From assembly GCA_965153285.1 (NCBI GenBank), contig OZ229114.1: a DNA stretch of 64,000 nt; one strand, given 5' to 3'. The translations under genes were made by a program, and so were the position numbers. The DNA is from Podarcis tiliguerta (Eukaryota). Positions 1-12,289 of the stretch are shown here, in pieces; position 1 is the first letter of the stretch; each line of letters begins with the position of its first letter. The notes beneath the pieces were generated by a model, which was not told the DNA's origin, ran no database searches, and worked only from the letters and a program-made list of their open reading frames with translations.

Positions 1-17
1 AGTGCGCAGGAAGCCCT

Positions 18-499
18 GAAGGTTGCCATACGTCCAGAAAATCCTGGACATGTCCTATTTTGGGGGAGGGCTGCACCCCCATCTGGGGGATTTATTTTTT
101 TGCATTTTATAGGAATATCCGACTTGGGGGAAGGGGGTATTTATTTATTTCCAGCTCTGGGTGGCAGTGGCGGCTAAGGAAGCCGCCACCATCACTGCTT
201 CCCTTTCCTGCACTGAGTCCAAAGTTTGTGAGTAGTGGAGGGTCTGGGAGCACTAGAGGCAGCAGTGGCAGGTCCTCCTGTCAAGAGACCTGGGTGCAAC
301 CACCAAGTGCCCACCTCTTGCCTGTCGTGCGATTGGTAGATAATGGCAATTGGTGGTTGTGAATGGCAGGGGGTAGAGCTCCCCTCAAAAAGCTCAAAAA
401 CTTGTCTGGCTATCTCCCCAAAAAAGGTTAGGAACTTCTCTGGTGATCTCCCCCCAAAAATTCATCCGGATGTTAACTTCATAAAATACGGCAACCCTG
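18..499. mobile_element. Non-autonomous hAT-like DNA transposon (GGGTTGCCA-type TIRs)
   Basis: Left end gaaggttgccatac and right end atacggcaaccctg are inverted repeats. A related end occurs at 37196-37457. No TSD seen. Confidence 0.6.
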
Positions 500-730
500 T
501 GTGTGGTGAAGTGGTTAGACTCGTAATCTGAGGAACCGGGTTCGCGGCCCCGCTCCTCCACACGCAGCTGCTGGGTTACCTTGGGCTAGTCACACTACTT
601 TGAAGTCTCTCAGCCTCACTCACCTCACAGAGTGTTTGTTGTGGGGGAGGAAGGGAAAGGAGAATGTTAGCCGCTTTAAGACTCCTTCGGGTAGTGATAG
701 AGCAGGATATCAAATCCAAACTCTCGTCTT
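500..730 (+). mobile_element. tRNA-derived squamate SINE (Squam3-like)
   Basis: A-box-like tggtgaagtgg, B-box-like gggttcgcggccc and a CTT-type tail. Body is closely similar to the copies at 1428-1721 and 27171-27413. Confidence 0.85.
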
Positions 731-759
731 CCCTACATGAGATGATTGTTTAACAAGAC

Positions 760-895
760 CAGGCGTAGGCAAACTCAGCCCTCCAGATGTTTTGGGACTA
801 CAACTCCTATCATCCCTAGCTAACAGGACCAGTGGTCAGGGATGATGGGAGTTGTAGTCCCCAAACATCTGGAGGGCCGAGTTTGCCTGTGCCTG
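760..895. mobile_element. 136-bp palindromic hAT MITE
   Basis: Long inverted arms (caggcgtaggcaaact...agtttgcctgtgcctg). Perfect 8-bp TSD aacaagac at 752-759 and 896-903. Confidence 0.92.
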
Positions 896-1427
896 AACAA
901 GACGAATCAACATCTCTGCTCATGCAAGAGACTTCCACTTGCACAATGGAACATCCCTTTTCAACTCCCAGTGCATGCCCAAAATCTGTTCCAAAGGGTT
1001 GGGAGACCCTTAAGTGAAAATTTTGTCGGCACATGGGAGAGGAGAAGAAGTGGAAGTCCTGTTTCTGTGTGGAACTCTACACAATATCAGCTATACCCTT
1101 ATGATTAGAGTTCCCGACTCTTCACATTTTAGCAAATAGCAATCGTAAGAGTGGGTTAGATTATAAGAATTAGATCAGTACTTCAGCATCATGTAAAGGG
1201 GGGCAATTTTCATTTAAATAACAGTGCTGGGGGAAATGGTTAAAAGAAACCCTACAGCACTATGGTCTAAACTTGAATCATCTCGAATTGTGGCTGCTTT
1301 CTTTATTCCTTCCATAATATTTATATACCACACATTGGGGGTGTGGGGTTGAGTCACAATGGTAATAGTAGCAAAAGCAGCTGCAGCAATAATAATAATG
1401 CTAAAAACAACTAGTAACCTAATTCAC

Positions 1428-1721
1428 AGAAGAAGAAGAAGAAGAAGAAGAAGAAGAGGATGAGGAGGAGGAGGAGGAGGAGGAGTTGTTTGGTTTTGAT
1501 ATCCCCCTTTATCACTACCCGAAGTAGTCTCAAAGTGGCTAACATTCTCCTTTCCCTTCCTCCCCCACAACAAACACTCTGTGAGGTGAGTGGGTCTGAG
1601 AGACTTCAGAGAAGTGTGACTAGCCCAAGGTCACCCACCAGCTGCATGTGAAGGAGCGGGGACGTGAGCCCAGTTCCCGAGATTGCAAGACTACCGCTCT
1701 TACCCACTACACCACACTGGC
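1428..1721 (-). mobile_element. tRNA-derived squamate SINE (Squam3-like) with expanded (CTT/CCT)n tail
   Basis: Reverse complement of the 500-730 family. (GAA)n/(GAG)n tract at ~1428-1485 is the tail. Confidence 0.88.
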
Positions 1722-1748
1722 AGTAGAATATATTACTATTGCATAAAC

Positions 1749-1872
1749 CAGGGTTGGGGGCCCTTGGCCCTCTATGTGTTGCTGGACTCCCATCCCTCAG
1801 GGCCAGGCTGGCTGAGGTTGATGGGATCTGGAATACAACAACATCTGCAGTATCACAGGTTCCCCATCCCTG
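1749..1872. mobile_element. Older palindromic hAT MITE
   Basis: cagggttgggg...ccccatccctg termini. Degenerate TSD gcataaac/gcttaaaa. Confidence 0.7.
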
Positions 1873-2050
1873 GCTTAAAAAGCCAAAATATCCCATAGGT
1901 TTACAAAAACAGTAGGGATATATAGGACCTTCCTATAGCTTAAGACTGTGCTCGGTAGTAACCTGTAGTTCAGTTCAATGTGTTGTTGGGGAAAACACAA
2001 GAGACAGAAGAACAACAAGGTTTTACAACATTCAAAAATTTACTTTAAAT

Positions 2051-2168
2051 TAAGGTTGGGGCACCTGTGGTCCTCCAGACGTTGTTGGACTCCAGCTCTC
2101 GTGAACCCTAGCCAGCATGACCAATGGTTGGAGACAATATCTGTAAGGCCACAAACCCCCCAGGTCTG
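2051..2168. mobile_element. Older palindromic hAT MITE, decayed
   Basis: Similar core (ctccagacgttgttggactccagctc). Perfect 8-bp TSD ctttaaat at 2043-2050 and 2169-2176. Confidence 0.75.
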
Positions 2169-4787
2169 CTTTAAATTATTGTGCAATAATTTAGAGTTAA
2201 ATGGAGCAGATCAATATCCAGGTTTCCAGACTATTGCCTACTATAGGAGGCAATGATTAAACATTAAACTTCCTTGTTGTCTCTCTTTAGATCAAAGAGC
2301 AATCTTCTCTCTCTCTATCTATCTCACACACACACACACTTCATGCAGTGTATCTCCTTAGAGCTTTTAGATTCAATATTAGAGAAATTAAATATGCTTG
2401 CAATTACAGCCCATTATTCATGCAAACCACTCAAACCTGGCTTAATGATATGCCATTCCTTAGATCCATATTCATACATTAGTGTTCCCCTCCTTTGATT
2501 AACACTGGGATCAAGACAATTAGTACATTTTATTTGCAAAAAAATAAAATGGAATATGCTTTCTTTGCTTTACTCCTTCCCCCTACGATGCATCTAAGTG
2601 TGCAGGCTAAGAGGGCATGATGTTCTGTTAGAGTATGCTGTCAGAATATATTGTGATTTGTTTTATTACTCAATATTGATCCAGCTGTTCTGATATAAAA
2701 CCCATACATTCTTCTCCTTCTTCTTGATATTGGAAGCAGAAGGACAAAAGGAAATATCAGATTCGGCTATGTTGCTTTTCTAATCAGCTGAATATTCACT
2801 ACTCAACACAAGTCAACAGTTGGAGATAAATACAAGAATCTTGTTCTTTAAATCCTGTTCTTTTGGGGCATATAAGGAGAAATGTACGGTATATTAAATG
2901 GGACTTACGATTGCTCAGAAATATGATCCAAGCAAAACAACCTACCATTGTGTTCTCTCTTGGCTGTATAACATGAAACCAAACTCAAGTTGCTCTGCAC
3001 CCCTCCATTTAACAAAGAGATAGAAAGTCAGCAAGAAAAGCTCTAGTATATTGAACATTTTCAAAGTTTTTGCTCTGGTTCGGTTGCATTGATAGAGCTC
3101 TTTTGCTTTCTGCCTGCACTGCAGCTCCCTTTAATACCGCAGGATCTATAGTATGTACACTTGGAATTCAACAACAAAGCTGCCGTAAGAAGGGGTTAAA
3201 CTGGATTCAGGATTTATTCCTGGTACCCAAATGGATTAAGACTCTGCCATTTTCTCATCTTGTTAGAATCTTTGTCAAAAGAATGAGGATTAGATGTGGC
3301 TAATGCTCCCCTCTTTAATAGCAAACTATATTGTGCTGACCTTTACAGTGTTATCTGATTTGCTTTCCTGAAGAGTCAAGGTTATTCCGTTCTCTTCCAT
3401 TTGCTTATGAGGAAGAGGTGGAACAGACAGGCAGTAAAATTAAAGGGTACAGTAAAGGTTGAAATATAGCACAGTCTCTTGGCAAGCTGTGCTAAGATGG
3501 AAAAGAGAGAGAGATGGAGATACCACAAATATCCACGATTGTTTGTTTGTTTGTTTGTTATTTTGTTCCCCAAGTAACAATCGCACATTTGAAGAAAATA
3601 AATTTGAATAAGCAACAGGGTTTTGTTTTATTTTTTTGACCTGGAAAATGAGGGGAGGGGGAGCCAGAACTGGATTTGCATGATTTTGGTACAATGGACA
3701 AAAAGGACATAATACATGAATGCTCATCTAAATGAAGAACATCAAACAGCCTATTTATTTCTATTAAAAAAAGAGTATTTGTCAAAAAGAAGCTTACTAT
3801 TATTCTGTTTAATGTAAATCTTTACAAGGTGAAATTTCACTATTTTTGAATATCACATAGGGATATCGATAAAGTAATGTAACTTTTTTTAATGCTGTGT
3901 TCAAAAACCTTACATTTAAATTTCTTACCAGACCTGATTATGAAAGAATATAAGTTGTATTTGTCTCATTGACTCATTTAAGCTATTGCTGGGAAACTCC
4001 TACAGCCGAAAAGTATACATGTATTTAAAAAGAGTTATAGGGCATAGGGAACAAGGAAAAGAAAAGAAGCTTTTTAATCTGCTAGAGGATACATTCCAGA
4101 AATGTGGGTCATATGCTTAAATTTCAACAAATCTGATATCTATCTTCCTGCATATTAATGCTTGATCAATAATACCTCCTACCTCTCAGAAACACTAAAT
4201 TCAATTTACAGAAAAGCACCTGGTGTTTTCTGCAAAGGCCTAAGTCTGATACAGTAAGCTCTGGAGCAAACTTTAGTCACATAAAAGCCTCAAGGTAACT
4301 TGAGGCTTATTTCAGTTTGCTGGCGCGATGTCTCTGAAGCAAGAAGTCGCCATCTGCCAGTTCGTTTCAAACTTGCAGAATGAGGAAAGGAAGAGTCAAG
4401 CAGAACACTTCAACCAGAAGGATTCAGAAGCGTGACATATTGTACTTGTCACAGGTTATGGGAAATCACTTGCCATAAGGTTGCTGTTTGCTCCAGCTGA
4501 TGAATTAAACCCTGAACGCCTCATATGTTGCAGGTTGATTTCATACTCGTGCAAGGGGCTTGCATGATAATTCTATGGGGAAAGGCAGGCTCATAGCAAG
4601 GAATTTCACCCTAAATGAGATTCAGAAGTAATTGTGGGGCATAGTAGTAGGACCCATGAAATGATTCCAGGGTTCTGAAAGTATTTTATTGCACACACAT
4701 ATTGTTCATGACCTGTTCTTTAAGATTCACACTCAGTCATTATCAGCACTCAGATAAGGAGGGTGGAAAGCATTTAAAAGTCTTTGT

Positions 4788-5312
4788 ATTGTTGTTGTTC
4801 AGCCATTTAGTCATGTCCGACTCTTTGTGACCCCATGGACCAGAGCACGCCAGGCACTCCTGTCTTCCACTGCCTCCCACAGTTTGGTCAAATTCACGTT
4901 AATAGCTTCAAGAACACTGTCCAACCATCTTGTCCTCTGTCGTCCCCTTCTCCTTGTGCCCTCAATCTTTCCCAACATCAGGGTCTTATCCAGGGAGTCT
5001 TCTATTCTCATGAGGTGGCCCATGGGACTCTCAAGAGTCTCTTCCAGACCATAATTCAAAAGCATCAATTCTTCAGCGATCATCCTTCTTTATGGTCCAG
5101 CTCTCACTTCGATACATCACTACTGGGAAAACCATAGCTTTACCTATACAGACCTTTGTTGGCAAGGTGATGTCTCTGCTTTTTAAGATGCTGTCTAGGG
5201 TTGTCATCGCTTTTCTCCCATGAAGTAGGCATCTTTTAATTTAGTGGCTGCTGTCACCATCTGCAGTGAGCATGGAGCCCAAGAAAGTAAAATCTCTCAT
5301 TGCCTCCATTTT
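4788..5312 (-). mobile_element. Bov-B (RTE clade) LINE, 3' fragment with ~94-bp internal deletion
   Basis: Minus frame encodes GHLMR..DSLDKTLMLGKIEGTRRRGRQRTRWLD...VHGVTKSRT. (CAA)n tail near 4788-4800. Deletion at 5020/5021 relative to the neighbouring copy. Confidence 0.93.
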
Positions 5313-5329
5313 TTAATATACTTTATATA

Positions 5330-5702
5330 CTTTTGAATTATGGTGCTGGAGGAGACTCTTGAGAGTCCCATGGACTGCAAGAAGATCAAACCTCTCCATT
5401 CTTAAGGAAATCAGCTCTGAGTGCTCACTGGAAGGACAGATCCTGAAGCTGAGGCTCCAATACTTTGGCCACCTCATGAGAAGGGAAGACTCCCTGGAAA
5501 AGACCCTGGTGTTGGGAAAGATTGAGGGCACAAGGAGAAGGGGACGACAGAGGACAAGATGGTTGGACAGTGTTCTTGAAGCTACTAACATGAATTTGAC
5601 CAAACTGTGGGAGGCAGTGGAAAACAGGAGTGTCTGGCGTGCTCTGGTCCATGGGGTCACACAGAATCGGACGCAACTAAATGACTAAACAACAACAACA
5701 AC
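5330..5702 (+). mobile_element. Bov-B (RTE clade) LINE, 5'-truncated 3' end
   Basis: ORF 5359-5688 RVPWTARRSN...YFGHLMRREDSLEKTL..GKIEG..RRGRQR.RWLD. (CAA)n tail. TSD actttatat(a/g)ctt at 5320-5332 and 5703-5715. Confidence 0.95.
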
Positions 5703-5859
5703 ACTTTATATGCTTAGATTTAAATAAGGACAGTACCCACCACCTCCCCTCTTATGGCTTAACACAAGAAAATCTGTCTCTGAGACACTGGTTTGGTTTT
5801 AAGCAACATTGAGCTGGGTTTTGTTTGGTTTGGTTTGGTTTTGCTAGAGAACAAGCCTG

Positions 5860-5992
5860 CCAGTGACTACTTCAGTTTGTAAAGGTTTGCTGGGGATTCT
5901 AACTGTGGGGGAAGGGTAAACTACAGTGCCCAGAATTCCTTGAGGGAAATAATGTGCTTCAAATGTATTTAAAGCATCGTGTGTACACAGCC
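5860..5992. mobile_element. Partial palindromic MITE related to 22582-22762
   Basis: aaactacagtgcccagaattcct...tgtgcttcaaatgtat...gtgtgtacacagcc resembles the right arm of the 22582-22762 element. Confidence 0.5.
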
Positions 5993-6613
5993 ACAGATAG
6001 AAGTAGAGTTGCTCTCAAATAAATGTTATCAAGCAAAAACAACTGCTGGGACATTGTCGCAGATATGCATTTTGCCAGAGCTACAGATGAAATAGGAGAC
6101 AAAAGATGTAAATTGTTTGGACAGAATGTGCAATTCAGAAAGGGTTGTTGCACTTAAAAAGGACACTGTTCCATCATTTATACAAGGATATTTCAGTCGG
6201 CTTCTTGATAGGCTAATTAATATGTGGCTATTTGCATGTATACTTCAGAAGAAATCTGCTCTAGGTATGCTCCTGTCCACCACTCTCTTTTGCGTGGAGA
6301 TAAATAGAGAGGGGTAAATATAAAAGAGACCTTTCTTATGCCCAATAGTAAAAATATTAAGTTGATGCAGTCAGTGATAGAACTACAACAAAGGAAATAA
6401 TGAATGTTCATCTGGTTTACGTCATGCCTGAATTGTCTGCGGAAGAGGAGGAGGATGCTATTTATAAAGGTAGTGGTACTCTAGTTGAGGAGATGTACTT
6501 TTCAAGTACACTTTAACTACCACATATGTTTTGAATATAATAGAGATGAAACAAAGATATCAGCTTTTGGTCGGCAGCATGGGTACCTATATTTAGGCAC
6601 TTTATAGAGTAAT

Positions 6614-6930
6614 CAGTGCCGGATTTATGTATTTGCTAAACAAGCTATAGCTTAGGGCCCCACTCTCTTGGGCCCTCCCAAAAAAAATTAAAGGAAAAAA
6701 ACCTGGATGTACATTTTCAAAATATAAGATAAACAACAAATAAAATAAAACCTACATACAGCAACAGTGTTTTGTGTTGTATATGGACCTATTGGGTCCA
6801 TAAATTACCATATAGCATATATTCAACACAAAAAAGTGACAATTTGTTGTTGACAAAGGACAGCTGAACATATAAAGGGCATCATTACCTTCAGTGGCTT
6901 AGGGCCTCATCAAACCTAAATCCGGCCCTG
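6614..6930. mobile_element. Non-autonomous hAT transposon (317 bp)
   Basis: TIRs cagtgccggattta / taaatccggccctg. 8-bp TSD agagtaat/agagcaat (1 mismatch). Confidence 0.88.
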
Positions 6931-7233
6931 AGAGCAATCCTACGCACATTGACTCAGAAATAAGTCCCATTGACATTAGTGATAAGTGGGTACAGTGGTG
7001 GTACCTCTGGTTACGTACTTAATTCGTTCCGGAGGTCCGTACTTAACCTGAAACTGTTCTTAACCTGAAGCACCCCTTTAGCTAATGGGGCCTCCCGCTG
7101 CTGCCACGCCGCCGCTGTGCGATTTCTGTTTTCATCCTAAGCAAAGTTCTTAACCCAAGGTACTATTTCTGGGTTAGTGGAGTCTGTAACCTGAAGCGTA
7201 TGTAACCCGGGGTACCACTGTATGTGGTTGCAA
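6931..7233. mobile_element. Short palindromic MITE (gcaatcct...aagtcccattg...ggttgca family), interrupted by a Tigger-type MITE
   Basis: Same motif order as the copies at 10732-10805, 25360-25448, 41893-41983 and ~46124-46192. Confidence 0.6.
6993..7220 (+). mobile_element. Tc1/mariner (Tigger/pogo-type) MITE
   Basis: TIR cagtggtacctc..gttac, TA duplication at both ends. Near-identical to three other copies in the window. Confidence 0.93.
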
Positions 7234-7344
7234 TTTTATTCCATTTTAGTTGCTGAATTATGAGTTTCTGATAATCAACTGCAAACTTATGTGAAGAAAC
7301 AAACTCTTTGCCCTGAATCTGATGCCCCCCCCATTACTATAGAT

Positions 7345-7418
7345 CAGGGAAGCCTGTGGCCTTCCACATATTGTTGAACTACAACTCCCATAATCCCTGA
7401 CCAGAGGCCACGCCTGCC
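7345..7418. mobile_element. Half of a palindromic hAT MITE
   Basis: cagggaagcctgtggccttccacatattgttgaactacaactcccataatccctgacc matches the MITE left arm. Confidence 0.6.
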
Positions 7419-10400
7419 ACAGACAAAATAATGTAAAAAACCCCCACAACTTCTTCTAAGTGAAGCAATGCAAGAAATACCAGTATATATTCAGTGATAC
7501 AATGGATGCCTATATTTCTAACTTATTGACTTAATTTGGTGATGAAAGGATAGCATAATTGTATGTACCAGGAAATGCTTGGTGCACAATTATTCTGTGC
7601 TAAATGGGGAAAAGTTATGGTAACTGCATTCCATTCCAATGAAAGACAGATTTAATGTTCAGAAAACAAAGTCCTAATATGGTTAATGCCTGCTACACAT
7701 GTTTTCAGGAGAGGGAAAATTTACCACCACCACCCGTGAAACATAAAAGGCTCAAAGGCAATTTCTTGCTTTTAACTGGAATTCTCTCAAGTATAGTAGG
7801 GCAGCAGTTTACTGTATAAGAATTAACAGTGTTGCCATAGTTGCCTTTGGCGGTAGTGCTGGAAATACTGAGTGATGTGGAAAGATTAAAGGAACCAAAC
7901 ATTTTGATAGGATGCCAGCATTCATGGTGGCAGAGCAGTGAAGGCAGCACATCTCTGAAGCAATGATGGGTAGGATTTTAGGTGATTATACAATATTCAC
8001 CCATGCTGCAAGCTATTAGATGCCCTCACTGGGGAGAGCTAAACCCAAACAAAGCCTTTTCTGTCTTCTATATGGTTTATCCAAATATTTTCTATTCCTG
8101 CTGTGTTCCAAGAGCTCCAGACAAGTTCCCATGTAACTGTATCTGTGATTCTTCAGGTTTACAAATAGAAAACCATATGCATTATCACCCAAAGGGCAAC
8201 TTATGAATCGTGAAGACTGGATAACGGGTTGCATTCGGATATGGGGAAATTTAAATAATAACAAGAATAACGTTTATTAACATTCACAATGCAATACCAG
8301 TCGCATTATCAAACTGTAGCTTTTTGACTGATACTCTGGCATGTTGAACTAAATTTTATTCACATCAGTGGATGCAGTGTCACCAAACAATGAATATCAT
8401 CGAATAACATCACCATTTCCCCTCCCTTTCTGCCCATGCATGCTTTTGTTCCCCCATGATTCACCCATGAAAATGGCAGGAAAGAACAGTATGCCAATAT
8501 ACTGCCCCAAATTCTGCCACTTTCCTGTTGCAATTTTCTGGGTTAATGGGGTTGCAAACTACCCTTTTACTGCAGTGTCAATAAGAAACAAATAAATATA
8601 ATACAAAATTATTGACCCTCTCTGTCCCCCAGGTCACCCCAGCAATGCACCTAGAAGGACTTATTTGAAAGAATAAGTCAGAGGTCTGCCCCTTTAAGGG
8701 CTTCCATCCCTCAAAGACGGGACAGAGTCTAATAGAGATTATCTGGCCCTGAGAGCATAAAAGCCCTCTCTAATAATTTGTTGGAGCAAATGGATGCTGG
8801 TTCACCTTGCCTGCATCATGTCTTGCAGACTCCTTGTTTAGACCGGGACAGATCACCCCAACCTATGGATCTTCCTATAAAATGTCTATAGGAATTTGAC
8901 CATCGGGTCCCTACAGACATTCTAACTCAATCTTCGACAATCTGGTGATGGCCAGGTGTTTTAGACTACAGCTCCCAGTCAGAATAGGCATGCTGACTAG
9001 GGCTGATGGGAAATGTAGACACCAGGAAGCCACCTTGTTGCGTTGAACTGAGTACCTGAAAAGAGCTCATATCTCAACTTAATTTTCATAGGGGTGAATC
9101 AAAAACATTGCTAAAAGTTCTTCTGAGGGAAGATTAATACAGATAGATATTCAGGTATCCCTGACTTTAACAGCTCAAATACATTTAATTTCTAGAATCC
9201 AGATATGGCACTCCAATGAGGGTTTTAGGTTTTTCTGTCTCTTAGCATAGGTCTTTTTAATTGAAAATTTGACTGACTAATGGGAAGCCCCAATAGATGG
9301 CTTAGAAAGGGATTCTAATTTATGCAGGATTTTATCTGCAACAGCAGTTTATCATAAGAGATTTTATAAGAGCAAAACAATAGTGTGTTTCCTTGAAAGG
9401 CAATGACCAAACCATATTTTTGTGGCTATTGAAATAAAGCCAAAGGAAAAGAAAGCATTAAAAATCAGCTCAGACAACATGAAAAAACATTGTTTCAGGT
9501 TGTCTACTAAAACTATTTCAGAGTTGACTGAAAGCAGATTGAATGTCTCTTGCATTACACTTTTGACAAAATCATTTTGTTGATTAACACAATCAAATGT
9601 ACAATAACCTATAGTGATTTCAGTCAGTGGCTGCTGAACTGTGTTTCAGATGCACAATTCAAATGCACAATCCATTCCTTATCAGGCAATAATGCCAGGA
9701 TCAGCACTGCCAAATATCTCCAGTGCAATGCTTGCCAATAAATGTTAGACTGGCTTTATTATGAACTGGCAGAATATTGTATCTATACCTATATCAATAT
9801 ATATTTGAAACAAAATGCTTCTCACAAATATGAAGCAGACCATCAGAAGGAAAAATGATTGGTATTTTCAGGTAATATGAATTTTAGAGCCAATTTCCAT
9901 TCTCTTAAAAATATATGCTTCATGTTTTATGGGCTAGTCAGGAAGTGGAGACATCAATTAATTACAAAGGCAAATGTGAGCAATCATATGAAGAGAATAT
10001 AAAACTACATCACAATACAAATCAAGGAGATGGATGATTCAGTGCCCTTTTGGGCCAATGTTAGTGAATCACAGCTAGATAAAAGGAGTTTCGGTGTACG
10101 CTTATAAAAATGCAGGCATTTCATTTATATTAGAGCTGTGTGCCAAGCTTCAGAGAGAAGAAATCTGGACAATCCATGAGTTGTTATCTTAAGACAAACA
10201 CAGGTGCTAAACGTTAAAAAAGAAAAAAATGAGGTATGTTTTTCTCTTTTAAATTAATGTCGCAGCCATGTTAGGGTTGTAACTGAAATACTGATTTAAT
10301 AACTAGGTGTGAAATTTCCTCTTTGTAATGCAAGCTTCTTACATTAGAATCTGATTCCAGATTTCTCATATTTCTAATATTAACTTCCCCCGAAATGCAG

Positions 10401-10456
10401 TGCAAGAAGTTTTATCCAAGCACAACACCCCACTGTTTATTTTGCAGCATCAAATA

Positions 10457-10698
10457 CAGTGGTACCTCGGGTTACGTACTTAATTCATTCCGGAGGTCCG
10501 TTCTTAACCTGAAACTGTACTTAACCTGAAGCACCACTTTAGCTAATGGGGCCTCCTGCTGCCGCCTCGCTGCTGGAACACAATTTCTGTTCTCATCCTG
10601 AAGTAAAGTTCTTAACCTGAGGTACTATTTCTGGGTTAGCGGAGTCTGTAACCTTAAGCGTATGTAACCTGAAGCGTATGTAACCCGAGGTACCACTG
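10457..10698 (+). mobile_element. Tc1/mariner (Tigger/pogo-type) MITE
   Basis: Perfect TIR cagtggtacctcgggttac / gtaacccgaggtaccactg. TA TSD. Confidence 0.95.
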
Positions 10699-10731
10699 TA
10701 GTACGAAATTGCCCTGCTAGGTAGTTCCTTA

Positions 10732-10805
10732 AGGCTGCAATTCTATATCCACTTACCTCGAATTAGTCCCATTGCACTACTGATTAGGAGGTGTGGGGTT
10801 GCACT
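10732..10805. mobile_element. Short palindromic MITE remnant
   Basis: ggctgcaattcta...cacttacc...agtcccattg...ggggttgcac. Confidence 0.55.
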
Positions 10806-11339
10806 GCATCTTGAAACAGCCGAAACTTTCTATTTGTGAACTTTTCTTATATTTTATACATTGGCACTGAACATTTGGAGAAACATTTGACTGTTGGCTT
10901 CTCTCCCCACCTCCCTTTTAACTACGTTGCCCTGCATAAATAGATAGTGCTATTTAAAAAACACACACCATACAACACACTTTGATATTATTATATTAAT
11001 AAATCTTAGCGCTAACATCCCCACTTGCCTCCTTGTTGTTTCTGCTCCTGGACTCGGATGCCAGCATTTGACAAGCCCGTTTGTCTGTGCAGCTGAGTTG
11101 TTTGGGAAGTGAATCCTCTGGCTAGCATCCACCTACATAGCATCTGCAATGCCATCTTTTACTCAAATTAATTTGCACGTTCCTTCTGGAGGAAGCAAGG
11201 TTGGGAGAATGCCTGCTCTGCTGAATTGTCCTTTCTTCCCAAAAGTATTTTCAGGGCTCCCCCCCCCCACACTTCTTGGTTCACCAGTTCACTTTCTTGT
11301 TTTCCCATATCCGTTGCTCAATAGATAGTTCTTTCATGG

Positions 11340-11486
11340 GACATCCAGGGAAAATTTTAATGGTTGATGCTTAATTGTATTTTTAATATTTTGGGAGCCG
11401 TCCAGAGTGGCTGGGGCAACCCAGTCAGATGGGGGAGAATAATAATAAGAAGAAGAAGAATAAGAATAAGAATAAGAATAAGAATA
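11340..11486 (+). mobile_element. L2-type LINE 3' end with (AAT/AAGAAT)n tail
   Basis: gagccgtccagagtggctggggcaacccagtcagatggg followed by a microsatellite tail. Same end at 13945-14098 and 34578-34693. Confidence 0.75.
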
Positions 11487-11963
11487 GCACAGTAACATGT
11501 TATGTTATGAGCAGTAAAACAATAAAGCACTGACTAAACAATAAAACAACAAAACACTAACTAAAAGTAAAGAGAAGCGAGGGGGTGATAAAACAGCTGG
11601 TAGGACTTTAAAACTGAGAGTTTAAAACCAAGAGGTGGCTAAAAAACTGCTTAAAAACTTAACTGAAAGCAGAAGAATCTGACCAAGCTGCTGCCTCCGT
11701 CGCCATCTTGGATCTCATGTACAATTTATCACAGTTCTTGCAGGACTGTGATCACTCTGAAAGAGCTTGTTGCACACCTTAATCTGAAAGGCTCAACCCT
11801 GCCACTGAAGATCATTGAGTAACAAGTACTGGATGGTCCTTGTGTGTTGGGCTGTTCATTAAAATGACAACCAACTGGTGGTTGGATAATGACATTACCT
11901 ATGTCTGTTGACAGATATCCTATCTCAGGTGTACAATGTGGTTTGCTCCAGGTGTTGTTGGTG

Positions 11964-12097
11964 CAGTGTGGTGTTGTGGTTAGTGCACTGGCTGGGAGAT
12001 GAGAGTTCAAATCCTCACTCAAGAATGAAACCTACAGGGTGACTTTGGGCCAGTCATGATCTCTCAGACTAACCTACCTCATAGGACTGTTGTGAGC
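11964..12097 (+). mobile_element. Older tRNA-derived SINE (Squam3/MIR-like)
   Basis: cagtgtggtgttgtggttag (A box), gagttcaaatcc (B box), gggtgactttgggccagtca...ctcacctc-like core. Confidence 0.75.
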
Positions 12098-12109
12098 ACA
12101 AGAGCACAA

Positions 12110-12275
12110 TCCCTGCCTGCGATTTCCAACAACTGGTGTTCAGAAGCATACAGCGGAGGTCGAACACAGCTACCATAGCTAGTGGCTGTTGATGGGCTTT
12201 TTAGCCTAATCCTCTTTCAAAGCCATCCAAATTGCACTGCTTGTTGTGGGAGTGAGTTCTGTAGTTTAACTACAT
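12110..12275 (-). mobile_element. CR1 LINE 3' region fragment
   Basis: caactggtgttcagaagcata...ctaatcctctttcaaagccatcca...gagttctgtagtttaactac resembles squamate CR1 3' ends (recalled). Confidence 0.55.
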
Positions 12276-12289
12276 GGGTTCTCTTCATT

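Noticed and set aside
4490-4530. CTGATGA as a hammerhead ribozyme core (also ~20833, ~23290)
   Set aside because: No stem II followed by GAAA and no flanking helices.
4811-5688. ORFs of 75-122 aa here and at 50374-51042 as host genes
   Set aside because: All are sense or antisense readings of Bov-B 3' ends.
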